Shown here: positions 10,069-20,120 of the stretch, piece after piece | Layout: every line of letters begins with the position of its first letter | Position numbering within the stretch: position 1 is the first letter of the stretch | Assembly (NCBI GenBank): GCA_963740085.1 | Contig: CAVUCU010000001.1 | Span: 480,001-544,000, forward strand | Direction of reading: 5' to 3' | DNA: 64,000 bases | Source: Nitrospirota bacterium | GTDB taxonomy: Bacteria > Nitrospirota > UBA9217 | Made by a program: the position numbers and the translations under genes | Notes under the pieces: model-generated | The model's input: only the letters and a program-made list of their open reading frames with translations | Database searches by the model: none | What the model was told of the DNA's origin: nothing

Positions 10069-10869
10069 TCACCATAACAACGCGGACAGGAAATAATCAA
10101 GAATAAGGATCAGCATGCACGAGACGACCACAGCGCCTGTGGTCGACTTGCCGACACCCTCCGCCCCGCCCTCGGTATGGAATCCCTTATAGCAGCCGAT
10201 AAGCCCGACAACAGCGCCGAACACAAGCGCCTTGATGAGCCCATACCAGATATCAGTGACCTCGGTATTATTGATGCTGTTGTTGATATAGGTGACCGGG
10301 TTCGTCCCGAGCAACTTTACGCCGACGAAATAACCACCGGTGATGCCGATCATCATGCCGAGGATCGTGAGAAAGAACATCATCACCGTGCTCGCGATGA
10401 ACCGGGGCACGACGAGGTACTTCATCGGGTTCGTGGCAAGCGTCTCAAGGGCATCGATCTGCTCGGTCACCTTCATGGTCCCCAGTTCCGCAGCCATTGC
10501 GGCGCCCGCCCTGCCTGCCACCATGAGTCCCGTGAGCACCGGCCCGAGTTCCCTGGTCATGGACAGCGTAACGACCGTGCCGATCAGCGTCTCCGCTCCG
10601 AACCGCTTGAACCCCGTATAGCTCTGGAGCGCAAGCACCATGCCGGTCGAAAGCGCCGTGGTGAGCACCACGGGAATGGAGTTGAAGCCTATCTGCTCCA
10701 TCTGCTTCAGCACGCTCTTCGCGTAAAAGGGGCGGCTGAAGGTCCAGCGAAGCGTCTGGCCGAAGAAGATGAGAACGCTGCCGACCTCACCGAGGAACCT
10801 CGAGGTCCGTCGGGCCACCGCTTCAAGGACGTGATTGATATATCCGGGGGACCCGGCTGCTGATTCCAC
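10069..10869 (-). CDS. mlaE: MlaE-type ABC transporter permease
   Basis: RELGPVLT, AELGTMKVTEQIDAL, GGAEGVG; true start may be GTG 10818. Confidence 0.92.
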   Translation of the reverse strand: MESAAGSPGYINHVLEAVARRTSRFLGEVGSVLIFFGQTLRWTFSRPFYAKSVLKQMEQIGFNSIPVVLTTALSTGMVLALQSYTGFKRFGAETLIGTVVTLSMTRELGPVLTGLMVAGRAGAAMAAELGTMKVTEQIDALETLATNPMKYLVVPRFIASTVMMFFLTILGMMIGITGGYFVGVKLLGTNPVTYINNSINNTEVTDIWYGLIKALVFGAVVGLIGCYKGFHTEGGAEGVGKSTTGAVVVSCMLILILDYFLSALLW

Positions 10870-11998
10870 AGAGCACCTCGTATGCGATCGTTCCGGTCAT
10901 CGCGGCGATATCGTCCGCCGTGATCCGTTCACTGCCCTGACTGCCGATCAACACGACCTCGTCGCCCTCGCTCGCCCCGGGGACGTCCGTCACATCGATC
11001 ATGCACATGTCCATGCACACCCTGCCGACCACGGGGACGCGAATGCCGCGGACCAGCGCCGCACCCTTGTTCGAGAGACCACGGCTATACCCGTCGGCGT
11101 ATCCGATCGGCAAGGTCGCGATGATGCTTTTCCGTTTCGTCGTGAAGGTGCGACCGTAACTGATCGGCACTCCGGCAGGCACGTTTTTGATGAACGCGAT
11201 GCGTGTTACGAGCGACAGCACCTGCCGCAGGTCCGCGCCGATCGTTCCCTCTTCAAGCGGGCTGTAGCCGTACAGCATCAAGCCCGGTCTGACCATGGTG
11301 AAGAACGCGCGATGGAAATCCAGCACCGCGGCGCTGTTTGCCGCATGGCGCACCGGCACGCTGATCTTTTTCGCTTCGAGTGCATTGAGAAGCGCCTCGA
11401 AGCGGTCCATCTGTCGTGACGCGAACTGCTTGTCCCGCAGGTCCGCATCGGCAAAGTGGGTCATCAGCCCCTGCACTGAAAGCGAGCCCAGCTTCCGGAG
11501 CGCGGCAATAAACTCCGGGGCGTCCTCGGGGGCAATGCCGATCCTGCCCATGCCCGTGTCGATCTTTACATGGATGTCGATCGTTGTCCTGCGTTTGTGC
11601 GCCGCCTCTGACAGCGCCTGCGCAACAGCGAGATTGAAGATCGCCGGCGTCAGTTTCAGCGACACGATCGCCTCGGCCTGCTCCGGAAACGTCGCGCCCA
11701 TGACCAGGATCGGCGCGAGAATGCCCGCATCGCGGAGTTCCCTGCCCTCTTCGACCAGGGCGACGCCGAACATGTCCGCGCCAAGCGTCTGGAGACGCCT
11801 TGACACCTCCACGGCCCCATGGCCATAGGCCCTTGCCTTGACAACGGCCAGGACCTGCTGGCCCTCCGCGTAACGAACAACTTCCCTGAAATTATGTTCA
11901 AGGGCATCCAGGTCGATCACGGCGCTCGTAGGCCGGTCGGCCGGGAATGCCGCCTTTGCCGATCGGTGAGGCCCCGTTTCAGTGGATGGTGCTCTCAT
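10823..11998 (-). CDS. alr: Alanine racemase
   Basis: AVVKARAYGHG PLP-lysine motif, KIDTGMGRIG, GYADG, GRVCMD. Confidence 0.96.
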   Translation of the reverse strand: MRAPSTETGPHRSAKAAFPADRPTSAVIDLDALEHNFREVVRYAEGQQVLAVVKARAYGHGAVEVSRRLQTLGADMFGVALVEEGRELRDAGILAPILVMGATFPEQAEAIVSLKLTPAIFNLAVAQALSEAAHKRRTTIDIHVKIDTGMGRIGIAPEDAPEFIAALRKLGSLSVQGLMTHFADADLRDKQFASRQMDRFEALLNALEAKKISVPVRHAANSAAVLDFHRAFFTMVRPGLMLYGYSPLEEGTIGADLRQVLSLVTRIAFIKNVPAGVPISYGRTFTTKRKSIIATLPIGYADGYSRGLSNKGAALVRGIRVPVVGRVCMDMCMIDVTDVPGASEGDEVVLIGSQGSERITADDIAAMTGTIAYEVLCGISSRVPRIYQSRP

Positions 11999-12173
11999 TG
12001 ATCTCCTCGAACTTGTCCGACGACGGCAGTATCTCTATCTTATCGAAAGACTGGGCGCAGTCCAGGCACTCCCAATGGTGAACGGTCCAGTGTTCAAAGT
12101 CCATTTCAAGACCAAGGTCGTCCTCCTGGAAAAGGTTGGTCCCTCCGCAGAACGGACACATGATGGGGTCCAT
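11979..12173 (-). CDS. Small acidic zinc-ribbon-like protein (64 aa)
   Basis: CPFC...CLDC; GGAGG RBS before ATG 12173; overlaps the alr start. Confidence 0.6.
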   Translation of the reverse strand: MDPIMCPFCGGTNLFQEDDLGLEMDFEHWTVHHWECLDCAQSFDKIEILPSSDKFEEINESTIH

Positions 12174-12560
12174 AGCCGATCCTCCGATCTTCATCCCGAT
12201 GAACTTGCCCTGGCGCCCGGGAATGAGCATTCCTGTTCCTCCACTCGTCAATACGCAGAATGAACACGCACTGGCGGACCTTTCAGAAGACCGCGTAGTA
12301 ATACGTTTTTGCCCGACCAGTAAAAAAATCTACCGTGTTTTCAGATATTTTAAAGCGTACTCTATCACAGAGATATGCTTTTTGCAAAATATTTTTTGGC
12401 AGGAAGTTGCCGCAATTCGATGGAAATAAAACAGCCCATCCCCGTTATCGGGAATGGGCTGAGATCAGGAAGATTTCATGGGAACAGAGGGGTACTACAG
12501 GTGTCCAGTTCTTTGGGCTTTAACCCAATTATAATTTACAAAAGGAAGACAACGCTTCCC

Positions 12561-12589
12561 TTGACCCCGGACCAGTCTTTCTGTATGAT
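12561..12589 (+). promoter_or_regulatory. sigma70-type promoter
   Basis: TTGACC-17 bp-TATGAT upstream of ATG 12622. Confidence 0.6.
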
Positions 12590-12621
12590 TCATCCATGCA
12601 GTATCAATTGCGGACATCCCC

Positions 12622-13773
12622 ATGACGAAAAACAAGTCTCTATTCGGCCTTCGCTTCGGGTCAAATGCGGAACTCAGTCCCACGCGGGAGGAATTGGAGG
12701 TTTTCCTGAGGCTCCCGAAAAGGGAAGGCGGACATGAATCGCAGGGCAACGACTTTGTACGGTACCGTGACCTGCTCGAAAGCATTAAGACATTCGAGCA
12801 GCGGCGACAATCCACCGAGCCGCAGACCTTCCGGGATAAAATGTACTATGGCGTGCTCGGCAATTCTCACTTCTTCAGCCCTGTTCTCCTGTCGGAGGTG
12901 GAACAGTACAAATATCACCTTCACTCGCTTAACAACCTCGATTTTAAGAAGCCGATAGCCTTCATCAAGGCCGCGGCAGATGAGACGAGCATGCTCAATC
13001 CTAAAAAACGGGATGATGCGCTCAAAATGGCCAGGCTTCGCACCATGATCGAAGAGCGGAAATGGGCGCTCGAACTTCTCGAGAAACGCCGGGAGGCGCT
13101 GGTCAAAGAGCTTGCCGACATCGCTTTGTACCTTCGGGACAACCTGGTCATGATCGAGAAACGCTGCGAAGCATCGATCGTCATTCTCGTGGACCTTCAG
13201 CTCTCGCGGAAAAAGGAAAACCAGCTTATCGAGGACATCAAATCACACTTCAAGGAACAGCTCAGAGACTCCCTTCGCAACGGTCCGGTCGCCGTGAAAT
13301 ACGTCGAGACCATAAAAAAAGACGTCGCCCAGCTCTCGAAGGAGATATCGTCCATGCTCAGGGAAGATGTCTACGCTTTGACCGGGTTGTACGAAGCCGT
13401 CCATGACCACGCAAAGAAGGCCGCGCTCAAGATCGACACCCTGATGGCGAAGGGCGGACACGGAAAGAACATTGGCATCGAAGATGACCGGGCGCACTTC
13501 ACGAAAATCGGGGAGGTCCTCGTCTCGCTCATTTCAGATCATCACTTCGAGTTGAAACCGGCTATAATTCGGAGCGAAACGGTTCACAACCGTATCCTGT
13601 CGGAAAAAAGAATGGAGCTGCTCGACCACGTTTCTCAACTTCTGCAAAAAGAGCGCAGGACCAGACGGGACCGACGATACACAGAAGATCGAAGAAAGTT
13701 CACTGAACCGGACCACACGGGTCCTGAACGGAGAAGCGGGAAAAACAGACGGTCCGGGAAAAAACGCAGATAA
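12622..13773 (+). CDS. Hypothetical helical protein with C-terminal ERR/DRR (RxxxR) repeats
   Basis: 383-aa ORF with own promoter; tail ERRTRRDRR..EDRR..PERRSGKNRRSGKKRR. Confidence 0.75.
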   Translation: MTKNKSLFGLRFGSNAELSPTREELEVFLRLPKREGGHESQGNDFVRYRDLLESIKTFEQRRQSTEPQTFRDKMYYGVLGNSHFFSPVLLSEVEQYKYHLHSLNNLDFKKPIAFIKAAADETSMLNPKKRDDALKMARLRTMIEERKWALELLEKRREALVKELADIALYLRDNLVMIEKRCEASIVILVDLQLSRKKENQLIEDIKSHFKEQLRDSLRNGPVAVKYVETIKKDVAQLSKEISSMLREDVYALTGLYEAVHDHAKKAALKIDTLMAKGGHGKNIGIEDDRAHFTKIGEVLVSLISDHHFELKPAIIRSETVHNRILSEKRMELLDHVSQLLQKERRTRRDRRYTEDRRKFTEPDHTGPERRSGKNRRSGKKRR

Positions 13774-13824
13774 TTACGGTCTCAAAATCGAAACGACATG
13801 ATCAGAAAAGCTCCCGTCTTGTCA

Positions 13825-13906
13825 GCCACAAAAGGCGCATAAGACACAAAGCGAATTTTCAAATTTATAAAGGCGTTACCTCTGTGCTCTTCGTGACTTC
13901 TGTGGC
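13825..13906. repeat. Inverted 9-bp-period repeat element
   Basis: gccacaaaaggcgcataagacacaaag ... ctctgtgctcttcgtgacttctgtggc. Confidence 0.7.
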
Positions 13907-13996
13907 AGATCCGTCTTCTTACGGACTCAGTAATACGCGGTAAACCCGCGAGCTGACAAAATCTCACATTTTCCTTCTCCACTTTCCCCCCTTTTC

Positions 13997-14005
13997 TGTT
14001 ATAAT
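13997..14005 (+). promoter_or_regulatory. Extended -10 promoter of the DUF507 operon
   Basis: TGtTATAAT followed by AAGGAG RBS and ATG 14024. Confidence 0.55.
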
Positions 14006-14023
14006 GCCTCGCAAGGAGTTCCC

Positions 14024-14305
14024 ATGCGTCTTCCCAAAGAAATGATCAAACACATCGCCGATGCCATCGCCGCGAACCTTGAGAGCAAGGGTCTGGTTGA
14101 GTATGAGGTGTCGAGGCGCGAGATAGCCGAAAAGATCGCGGAGGTCATCACCGCGGACATGATGGCGGAGGAAGCGCTGAACAAGGACGTGGAAAAGCTC
14201 CTTTCCGCGCACGCTGACGAGATCGCCAGGGAGAACATGGACTACCGGAAGGTGTTCGATATGACCAGGCAGAAGCTCGCGAAGGAACGGGGGATCGTTT
14301 TGTAA
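14024..14305 (+). CDS. DUF507 family protein
   Basis: MRL start, DYRKVF..KLAKERGIVL end. Confidence 0.85.
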   Translation: MRLPKEMIKHIADAIAANLESKGLVEYEVSRREIAEKIAEVITADMMAEEALNKDVEKLLSAHADEIARENMDYRKVFDMTRQKLAKERGIVL

Positions 14306-14324
14306 CACCGCCAAAGAATAATTA

Positions 14325-14432
14325 AACCTTTGACACGGATAAAGGCGGACTGAATTATGAAGAAGCAGGATAATTTCTTGATTTATCCGATTTTATCAGG
14401 ACCTTTATCAGAATTCATCCGTGTCAAAGGTT
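14325..14432. repeat. Element bounded by a perfect 16-bp inverted repeat
   Basis: AACCTTTGACACGGAT (14325-14340) / ATCCGTGTCAAAGGTT (14417-14432). Confidence 0.85.
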
Positions 14433-14513
14433 CTTTCTTGACATTATAAGATTCGCGCAACCATGTTTACGTTTTCAAGATAAATAACATATGCAGGGAG
14501 AAGACCAACCGCC

Positions 14514-14792
14514 ATGCGCCTAAGCGAAGATAGGATCTCTCACCTGTCCCATCTGATCCAGGACATGCTGATCCGGAACAGGAACATCGATATACTGGAG
14601 ACGGAGGAACGCGTCCTCCGCGAGACCAAGCGGACCATCGCCGACGAGCTCAAATTCGAAGACGAGGCGGACGAGGCTGCGCGGCGCATCATCCAGTCGC
14701 TGTCGCGCAGGGTCCCCGAGGGCAGCCGCGAGTGGGACGTCCTCTATCGAAAATACCGGGAAGAAGAGATGAACAGGAGAAAAAAAGTTTGA
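14514..14792 (+). CDS. DUF507 family protein (second paralog)
   Basis: MRLSEDRISHLSH, EGSREWDVLYRKY. Confidence 0.85.
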   Translation: MRLSEDRISHLSHLIQDMLIRNRNIDILETEERVLRETKRTIADELKFEDEADEAARRIIQSLSRRVPEGSREWDVLYRKYREEEMNRRKKV

Positions 14793-16927
14793 ATAAAATC
14801 ATCCTTGCCGGTCTGGTCCTCTACCCCCTCTCTTCCGGCTTGGGATTCTTTCTCGGGCCGGACCCGTCAAACCTGCTCCTGACCATATGGCTGACGGGAT
14901 ACATCGTACTCGCCCTGGCCGTTTCCTTTGAGTCTTATTTTTCAGAGGAACGTCTGAATTTCTTCCCATTCATCGTCCTCGGCGTTGTCCTGTTGAATTT
15001 CTTCGTGCAGATCACGGGTGGTTCGCACTCTACGCTGTGGCCCGCCTATTTTCTCTTCGCCGTCATGGTCGCCGCGTTTGCCCCCCTGCTCCAGACATAT
15101 GGAACGATCTGCCTGATCCTCGGCATCGAATCATCCAATCTCTTTTTTTCAGGCCAGTGGCAGCCGGCGCGGTGGCCCGTGTATGCGGGCTTCGGCGCAT
15201 CCCTGTCCGGTCTGTCCATAGCCATCGCGCATATCATGCACCGTACCCGCAAGGAGGCCAAGCAACTCAAGGACGTCCATGACCGGTTGATCGCACATGC
15301 GGACGCCCTCGATCCGCTTGCGGAGGCGAACACCCTGGAATCGCTCATGGACCGGCAGACAACCGTGGTGAGCGCCGCGCGGGAGCGCGAGACCACCTTT
15401 AACGGGCTCATCGACATGATCTCCCGGTTCGTGCCCGCCCACTCCTACGCCCTCTTCCTGAAAGAGCGCCGCGAGTATGGCGAGGTCTTTGTACTGCGAG
15501 CGATCAGGACGGAAAGCAGCCATGCGATCCTGCCGGTGGGCACGGAACTGAGGGACAAGACCTACATCGATGTCTGCGCTGAGCAGAAGCAGCGTCAGTA
15601 CCTGTCCGACATCTCGGGAATGAGCACACCCCTGTCCAACCTGGGCTATTACAGGCACGATGCACGGAACGTGCCGATCAAGACCTTCCTTGCCGTTCCC
15701 GTGGTCCATGACGAGGTCACGATAGGCGTTATGGCGATGGACAGCCTTGAGGCGGGGGCGTTTTCTCTCGAGGACCAGGACCTTCTGGGCTACTTTGAGA
15801 CCTTTTTTATCCAGATCATCGAAAAGATCCAGCTTTCGCTCAACCTGAAGACCCGTGCCGACCACTTTCGCAGGCTGCATGAGATCAGCTCTGATCTGAA
15901 CAGCAGTCTCAAGTTCGGCGAGATCATGGACAAGGTGATCCCCCGGATCCAACAGCTGGTGCCCTTTGACTTCTGCGCATGCGTCCTGAAAAAGGAAGAC
16001 GAAGGCAAACCAAACCTTCAGTTCATTGCGCTCCATGGCTACGACGCGAAACTGATCAACACCGCCTTCCCCTTTGAAGACAGCGCCATCGCAACCTCCA
16101 TGCGGAAGCACTGGCAGGATGGCGGCGTCATCAGCCACTACACCGGGGACCTCGGCGACCGGGGCAGGGACATCGGGCTCTTCCCGTTCAAAGAACTCAA
16201 GAAGCCGATCAAGTCCTTGTACGGAAGGCTGCTGATCGCCAAGGACGACTGCATCGGCGCATTCTTTCTCGCCTCCCTCAAGACCGATGCGTTCTCGGAA
16301 TATCACCGCGGCCCCCTGCTCGACACGCTCATGAACCAGATCTCCCTGGTGGCGTATAATTCACTCCTCTACCAAAAGATCGAGGACCTGGCCAGGACCG
16401 ATGGTCTCACCGGGCTGCTGAACCACCGGACGTTCATGGAAAAACTTGCCGAAGAGTACCGCCGCCTCGATCGCGACGCGCGTCATTTCTCGATCCTGAT
16501 CATGGACATCGATAAGTTCAAGAACGTCAATGACGCCTATGGCCACCCCGTGGGAGATGTCGCACTTAAGTCGGTGGCGAAGGTGCTGCAGGAAACCGGC
16601 CGCGGCTCGGACTTTGTAGCGCGTTACGGAGGCGAGGAGTTCGCCATCGGCATGGTCGATACAAATATCAGGGGGGCCGAGCAGATGGCGGAACGCGTCC
16701 GCAAGCTCGTGGAAAAAACCGTGGCGGCCCGGGTGGGCGGCAATGAACTGATGCTCACCCTGAGCATCGGGGTCAGCAGCTTTCCCGAGGACACGAAGAA
16801 CACGGCCGAGCTGGTGATCATGGCGGACAATGCCCTGTACCAGGCAAAACGATCGGGCAGGAACCGCGTCTGCCTGCACAGGGATGTCAAAGACGCGGAA
16901 CCGGCGCCGGCAGAACCGGGGAGATGA
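14789..16927 (+). CDS. Membrane-anchored GAF-GAF-GGDEF diguanylate cyclase
   Basis: N-terminal TM helices, two GAF-like regions, DGLTGLLN, RGSD I-site, GGEEF; TTG start overlaps upstream stop. Confidence 0.92.
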   Translation: MNKIILAGLVLYPLSSGLGFFLGPDPSNLLLTIWLTGYIVLALAVSFESYFSEERLNFFPFIVLGVVLLNFFVQITGGSHSTLWPAYFLFAVMVAAFAPLLQTYGTICLILGIESSNLFFSGQWQPARWPVYAGFGASLSGLSIAIAHIMHRTRKEAKQLKDVHDRLIAHADALDPLAEANTLESLMDRQTTVVSAARERETTFNGLIDMISRFVPAHSYALFLKERREYGEVFVLRAIRTESSHAILPVGTELRDKTYIDVCAEQKQRQYLSDISGMSTPLSNLGYYRHDARNVPIKTFLAVPVVHDEVTIGVMAMDSLEAGAFSLEDQDLLGYFETFFIQIIEKIQLSLNLKTRADHFRRLHEISSDLNSSLKFGEIMDKVIPRIQQLVPFDFCACVLKKEDEGKPNLQFIALHGYDAKLINTAFPFEDSAIATSMRKHWQDGGVISHYTGDLGDRGRDIGLFPFKELKKPIKSLYGRLLIAKDDCIGAFFLASLKTDAFSEYHRGPLLDTLMNQISLVAYNSLLYQKIEDLARTDGLTGLLNHRTFMEKLAEEYRRLDRDARHFSILIMDIDKFKNVNDAYGHPVGDVALKSVAKVLQETGRGSDFVARYGGEEFAIGMVDTNIRGAEQMAERVRKLVEKTVAARVGGNELMLTLSIGVSSFPEDTKNTAELVIMADNALYQAKRSGRNRVCLHRDVKDAEPAPAEPGR

Positions 16928-17090
16928 CCTTCATTAAGAAGAGCGGTAACGGCGACGAAGCCCGTATCGTCGCATGTCATGGGTAACGAAAAAAGACGAA
17001 TGACGTAACCGAATACCGAACCGGGCATCGTTACCTTAGCCGGTGTCGTGGGTAGTTTCGTAATTTGTATATTTGATTCTCCATCATGAT

Positions 17091-17117
17091 TCAACCTTTC
17101 CCTTTAATCGGGGTCTC
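17091..17117 (+). promoter_or_regulatory. Putative autoregulated ECF sigma promoter
   Basis: TCAACC-16 bp-GTCTC just upstream of the ECF sigma gene. Confidence 0.5.
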
Positions 17118-17140
17118 AATTATCAGAACACGGCGCGCGT

Positions 17141-17719
17141 ATGCTTATGGATGAAGACCTTGACCTGATCAACAGAACCATAGCGGGCGAGCGCGAGGCG
17201 TTCAATGAGCTTGTGATAAAGTATCAGAAGCCGCTCTACTCCCTGCTCTATCGCATGGTCAGCAACCGTGAGGACGCATCTGACCTTCTGCAAAAAACCC
17301 TGGTTCGGGCCTTCACCGGACTCGCTTCCTTCGAGCGGCGGTCGAGCTTTAAGACCTGGCTCTACCAGATCGCGATCAACCTTGCCAAGAACGTCTACCG
17401 CGACCGGTCAAAGGCCGTACATGTCCCGATCGATGACGTGGTCATCAGACGGGACCCCCGGACGCTCGACGCGCTGGTCCAGAAAGAGAGCAGGCTTCTG
17501 CTCCGGCAGGCGCTCGCGGGACTTCCGAAAAAACAGCGCATCACGGTCATGCTCAGGGTTCAGGAAAGCCGCAAGTTCGAGGAGATCGCTGAGATCATGC
17601 AATGCTCGCTCGGAACAGCCAAGGCGAATTATCATCACGGCGTGCAAAAGTTGAAGACGATGATGGGTGAGAAGAACAACGACGGCACGCAGGGGTCAGG
17701 AGACGGAAGCCATAAGTAA
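17141..17719 (+). CDS. ECF-family RNA polymerase sigma factor
   Basis: SFKTWLYQIAIN region 2; EEIAEIMQCSLGTAK region 4. Confidence 0.92.
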   Translation: MLMDEDLDLINRTIAGEREAFNELVIKYQKPLYSLLYRMVSNREDASDLLQKTLVRAFTGLASFERRSSFKTWLYQIAINLAKNVYRDRSKAVHVPIDDVVIRRDPRTLDALVQKESRLLLRQALAGLPKKQRITVMLRVQESRKFEEIAEIMQCSLGTAKANYHHGVQKLKTMMGEKNNDGTQGSGDGSHK

Positions 17720-17723
17720 TACC

Positions 17724-18347
17724 ATGTGCAATGACAAGACCATAAAAGAACTGCTACCCGCCTACGTGGACCAGATGATTGACCGGGCGGAGAAGCGTAC
17801 CATCGAGAGCCATCTCGCGTCCTGCGACGATTGCCGCACCGAAGTGTCCCTTCTGCGCATGATGGTGGAAGAGACTGTGCCTGATCCCGGTGAGGCGTTT
17901 TGGGCCGCGATGCCTGATCGTGTGTACGAGGCTGTTCAGAAGCGCCAAACAAAAAAGAAGACCTTCGGCCTCGCCCGGCCTTTGGATTGGATGGTCCTTC
18001 CCCGCTGGACATGGGCAGCGGCAGCGGTGGGGACAATTCTCATCGTATCGTGGCTCGTCGTCACGCCCTCGCAGAAAATAACGGTGATGCCCGAATCGCA
18101 GGGAGACGAATTCTCCTATGAAACACCGGATACCGGGTCATTCGTCAGTGTTGCCGACCTTGACCAGGACGACCTCAGCACGATCGATTCCTGGGCAGGC
18201 AGTGAACTCGCCTCTATTGCCCAGGAGGCCGAACCGGTCCTCGCGAGCAGCGGGGATGCCGATATCTATGAAGAGATCGAAGATCTGAATGCGCAAGAAG
18301 TTGAACGGCTTTCAAAAAAGCTTGGGGAAATAAGACAGGAGGGATAG
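17724..18347 (+). CDS. zf-HC2 transmembrane anti-sigma factor
   Basis: HLASCDDC (HxxxCxxC) and one TM helix; start moved to ATG 17724. Confidence 0.88.
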   Translation: MCNDKTIKELLPAYVDQMIDRAEKRTIESHLASCDDCRTEVSLLRMMVEETVPDPGEAFWAAMPDRVYEAVQKRQTKKKTFGLARPLDWMVLPRWTWAAAAVGTILIVSWLVVTPSQKITVMPESQGDEFSYETPDTGSFVSVADLDQDDLSTIDSWAGSELASIAQEAEPVLASSGDADIYEEIEDLNAQEVERLSKKLGEIRQEG

Positions 18348-18349
18348 CC

Positions 18350-19009
18350 ATGAATGCAGCGAAAATTTTTCTTACGGCTGCGCTGCTGACCGCAGTTACC
18401 ATGTCTGCCTTTGGCCAGCAGAGACCCGCATCGACACAACTCGGCGGGCAGTACAATGATTCGACGGGTGTCGGGAACACCGCACGGCCGGGACGCAGCG
18501 GGCCGATGTCAGAGGAAAGACGGGAAGAGGTCAGAAAGAAAATAGAGACCATAAGGATCTGGCGACTTACCGAGGCACTGAAGCTTGACGCCAACACCGG
18601 CGCGAAACTGTCCTCGTTTCTCGGCTCCTCTGATCGTCAGCGCAGGGATCTCCTCCGCGAGCGGACAGGGACGATACGTATTTTGAGAGGTGCCATCAGA
18701 TCGCCAAAACCGGACGAATCGCAGATCAAAACCTATCTCGAAAAACTTGAGAAGAACCATCATGCCATGCAAGAACTGATGAATAACGAGATGAGCGGAC
18801 TGAAAAACATCCTCACCATCGAACAGCAGGCGCAGTACGTTGTATTCCAGCATGAGTTCATGCACGAGATGCGCGGCATGATCGGCGGGGCCTACGGCAA
18901 TCCCGGTAAACGTGGAATGGGTGTCGGCGGGGCAGGCATGGGAGGCGGTCGGGGTCAGATGCGAGGTGGAACGGGGCAGGGAGCTGCAACTGAGCCTCCT
19001 GAAAAATAG
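18350..19009 (+). CDS. Periplasmic Spy/CpxP-like helical protein
   Basis: Signal peptide, ILTIEQQA (LTxxQ) motif; third gene of the ECF operon. Confidence 0.75.
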   Translation: MNAAKIFLTAALLTAVTMSAFGQQRPASTQLGGQYNDSTGVGNTARPGRSGPMSEERREEVRKKIETIRIWRLTEALKLDANTGAKLSSFLGSSDRQRRDLLRERTGTIRILRGAIRSPKPDESQIKTYLEKLEKNHHAMQELMNNEMSGLKNILTIEQQAQYVVFQHEFMHEMRGMIGGAYGNPGKRGMGVGGAGMGGGRGQMRGGTGQGAATEPPEK

Positions 19010-19229
19010 AACCGGTTGCGAAGCCGGTCCAAATCATCTTCGGAGAGGGTTCCAGATATCCCTGGTTCTTTCATGTCTTTGACGATCAGGCTCGGCTGCG
19101 CAGTGTGGCACGGAAGTGGCAAGATAATCCTCATCCTTCGTAACCTCCCCTTCAATATTCCGGGAATATTCACTCTTTTCGAGGATTGTGGTATGATGCG
19201 GTCTTATAACATGTCAGGAGCGTCCCACC

Positions 19230-20120
19230 ATGCCCAGATCCGTTCTATTGAAATATAGTATTCTCGCTTGTCTCATAACTTCGTTTATGTTCCCCGCGTT
19301 TGTCTTCGCTGACGAGCTCACGTCATCAATAACGGTGACGACTCGACAGGTCCGGGAAGAACAAAATAAGTCGAACGCACCCTTTGTTGAGCTCAATAGA
19401 GAGTATTTCAAAGGGTATGTTACGGATTTCAAGAACATCGTCACGGCGCCTGTTCGCTGGGATCTGGCGCACTGGATCGGGGCGGGGATCGTCACGGGGA
19501 TCACCGCAGGGCTGTACGAGAACGACGCGAAGATCCAGCGATGGGTGCTGAACCATAAAACCACGACCACGGACAATCTCGGCTATAATGTCACCTCTGT
19601 CGGCATCACCTATACACCGGTGCTTCTCGGCGGGATGTACCTGTACGGATATGTCGCACATGACGGTAAAATGCGCGAGACCGTTCTTCTCACGGTTGAG
19701 AGCGTGGTCTTGACCGGTGTCTTTGTTCAGGCGCTCAAGTATGCTACGCAGCGGCACCGGCCCTATACAGGGGACGGTCCTTATGCCTGGGACGGTATCG
19801 GATTTCACGGATCGAACAGTAAGTTCTCCTTCCCCTCGGGCCATGCATCGACGGACTTTGCAATCGCAGCGGTCATCGCCTCCGAGTATGACAACTACAT
19901 AGTACCGCCTCTCGCTTACAGTATCGCGACGATCACCGCTCTTTACCGTATCTCACACAATGACCATTGGTCGACTGATGTCTTTGTCGGATCGGCGATC
20001 GGCTACCTGGCGGGAAAGACACTCGTGACTTCCCACCTGACCGGCAAGGTACCCGACCTCAGTTTGGCGCCGATGATCAACAATGGAGGGACCGGCATCA
20101 TTTTGACCTGTCGATTTTAA
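19230..20120 (+). CDS. PAP2-family phosphatase
   Basis: KYATQRHRP, SFPSGHA, RISHNDHWSTDV. Confidence 0.9.
   Translation: MPRSVLLKYSILACLITSFMFPAFVFADELTSSITVTTRQVREEQNKSNAPFVELNREYFKGYVTDFKNIVTAPVRWDLAHWIGAGIVTGITAGLYENDAKIQRWVLNHKTTTTDNLGYNVTSVGITYTPVLLGGMYLYGYVAHDGKMRETVLLTVESVVLTGVFVQALKYATQRHRPYTGDGPYAWDGIGFHGSNSKFSFPSGHASTDFAIAAVIASEYDNYIVPPLAYSIATITALYRISHNDHWSTDVFVGSAIGYLAGKTLVTSHLTGKVPDLSLAPMINNGGTGIILTCRF

Noticed and set aside
19106-19121. sigma54-like site TGGCACGGAAGTGGCA upstream of the PAP2 gene
   Set aside because: GG-N10-GC spacing fits, but the -12 element deviates (TGGC, not TTGC) and nothing else supports it.
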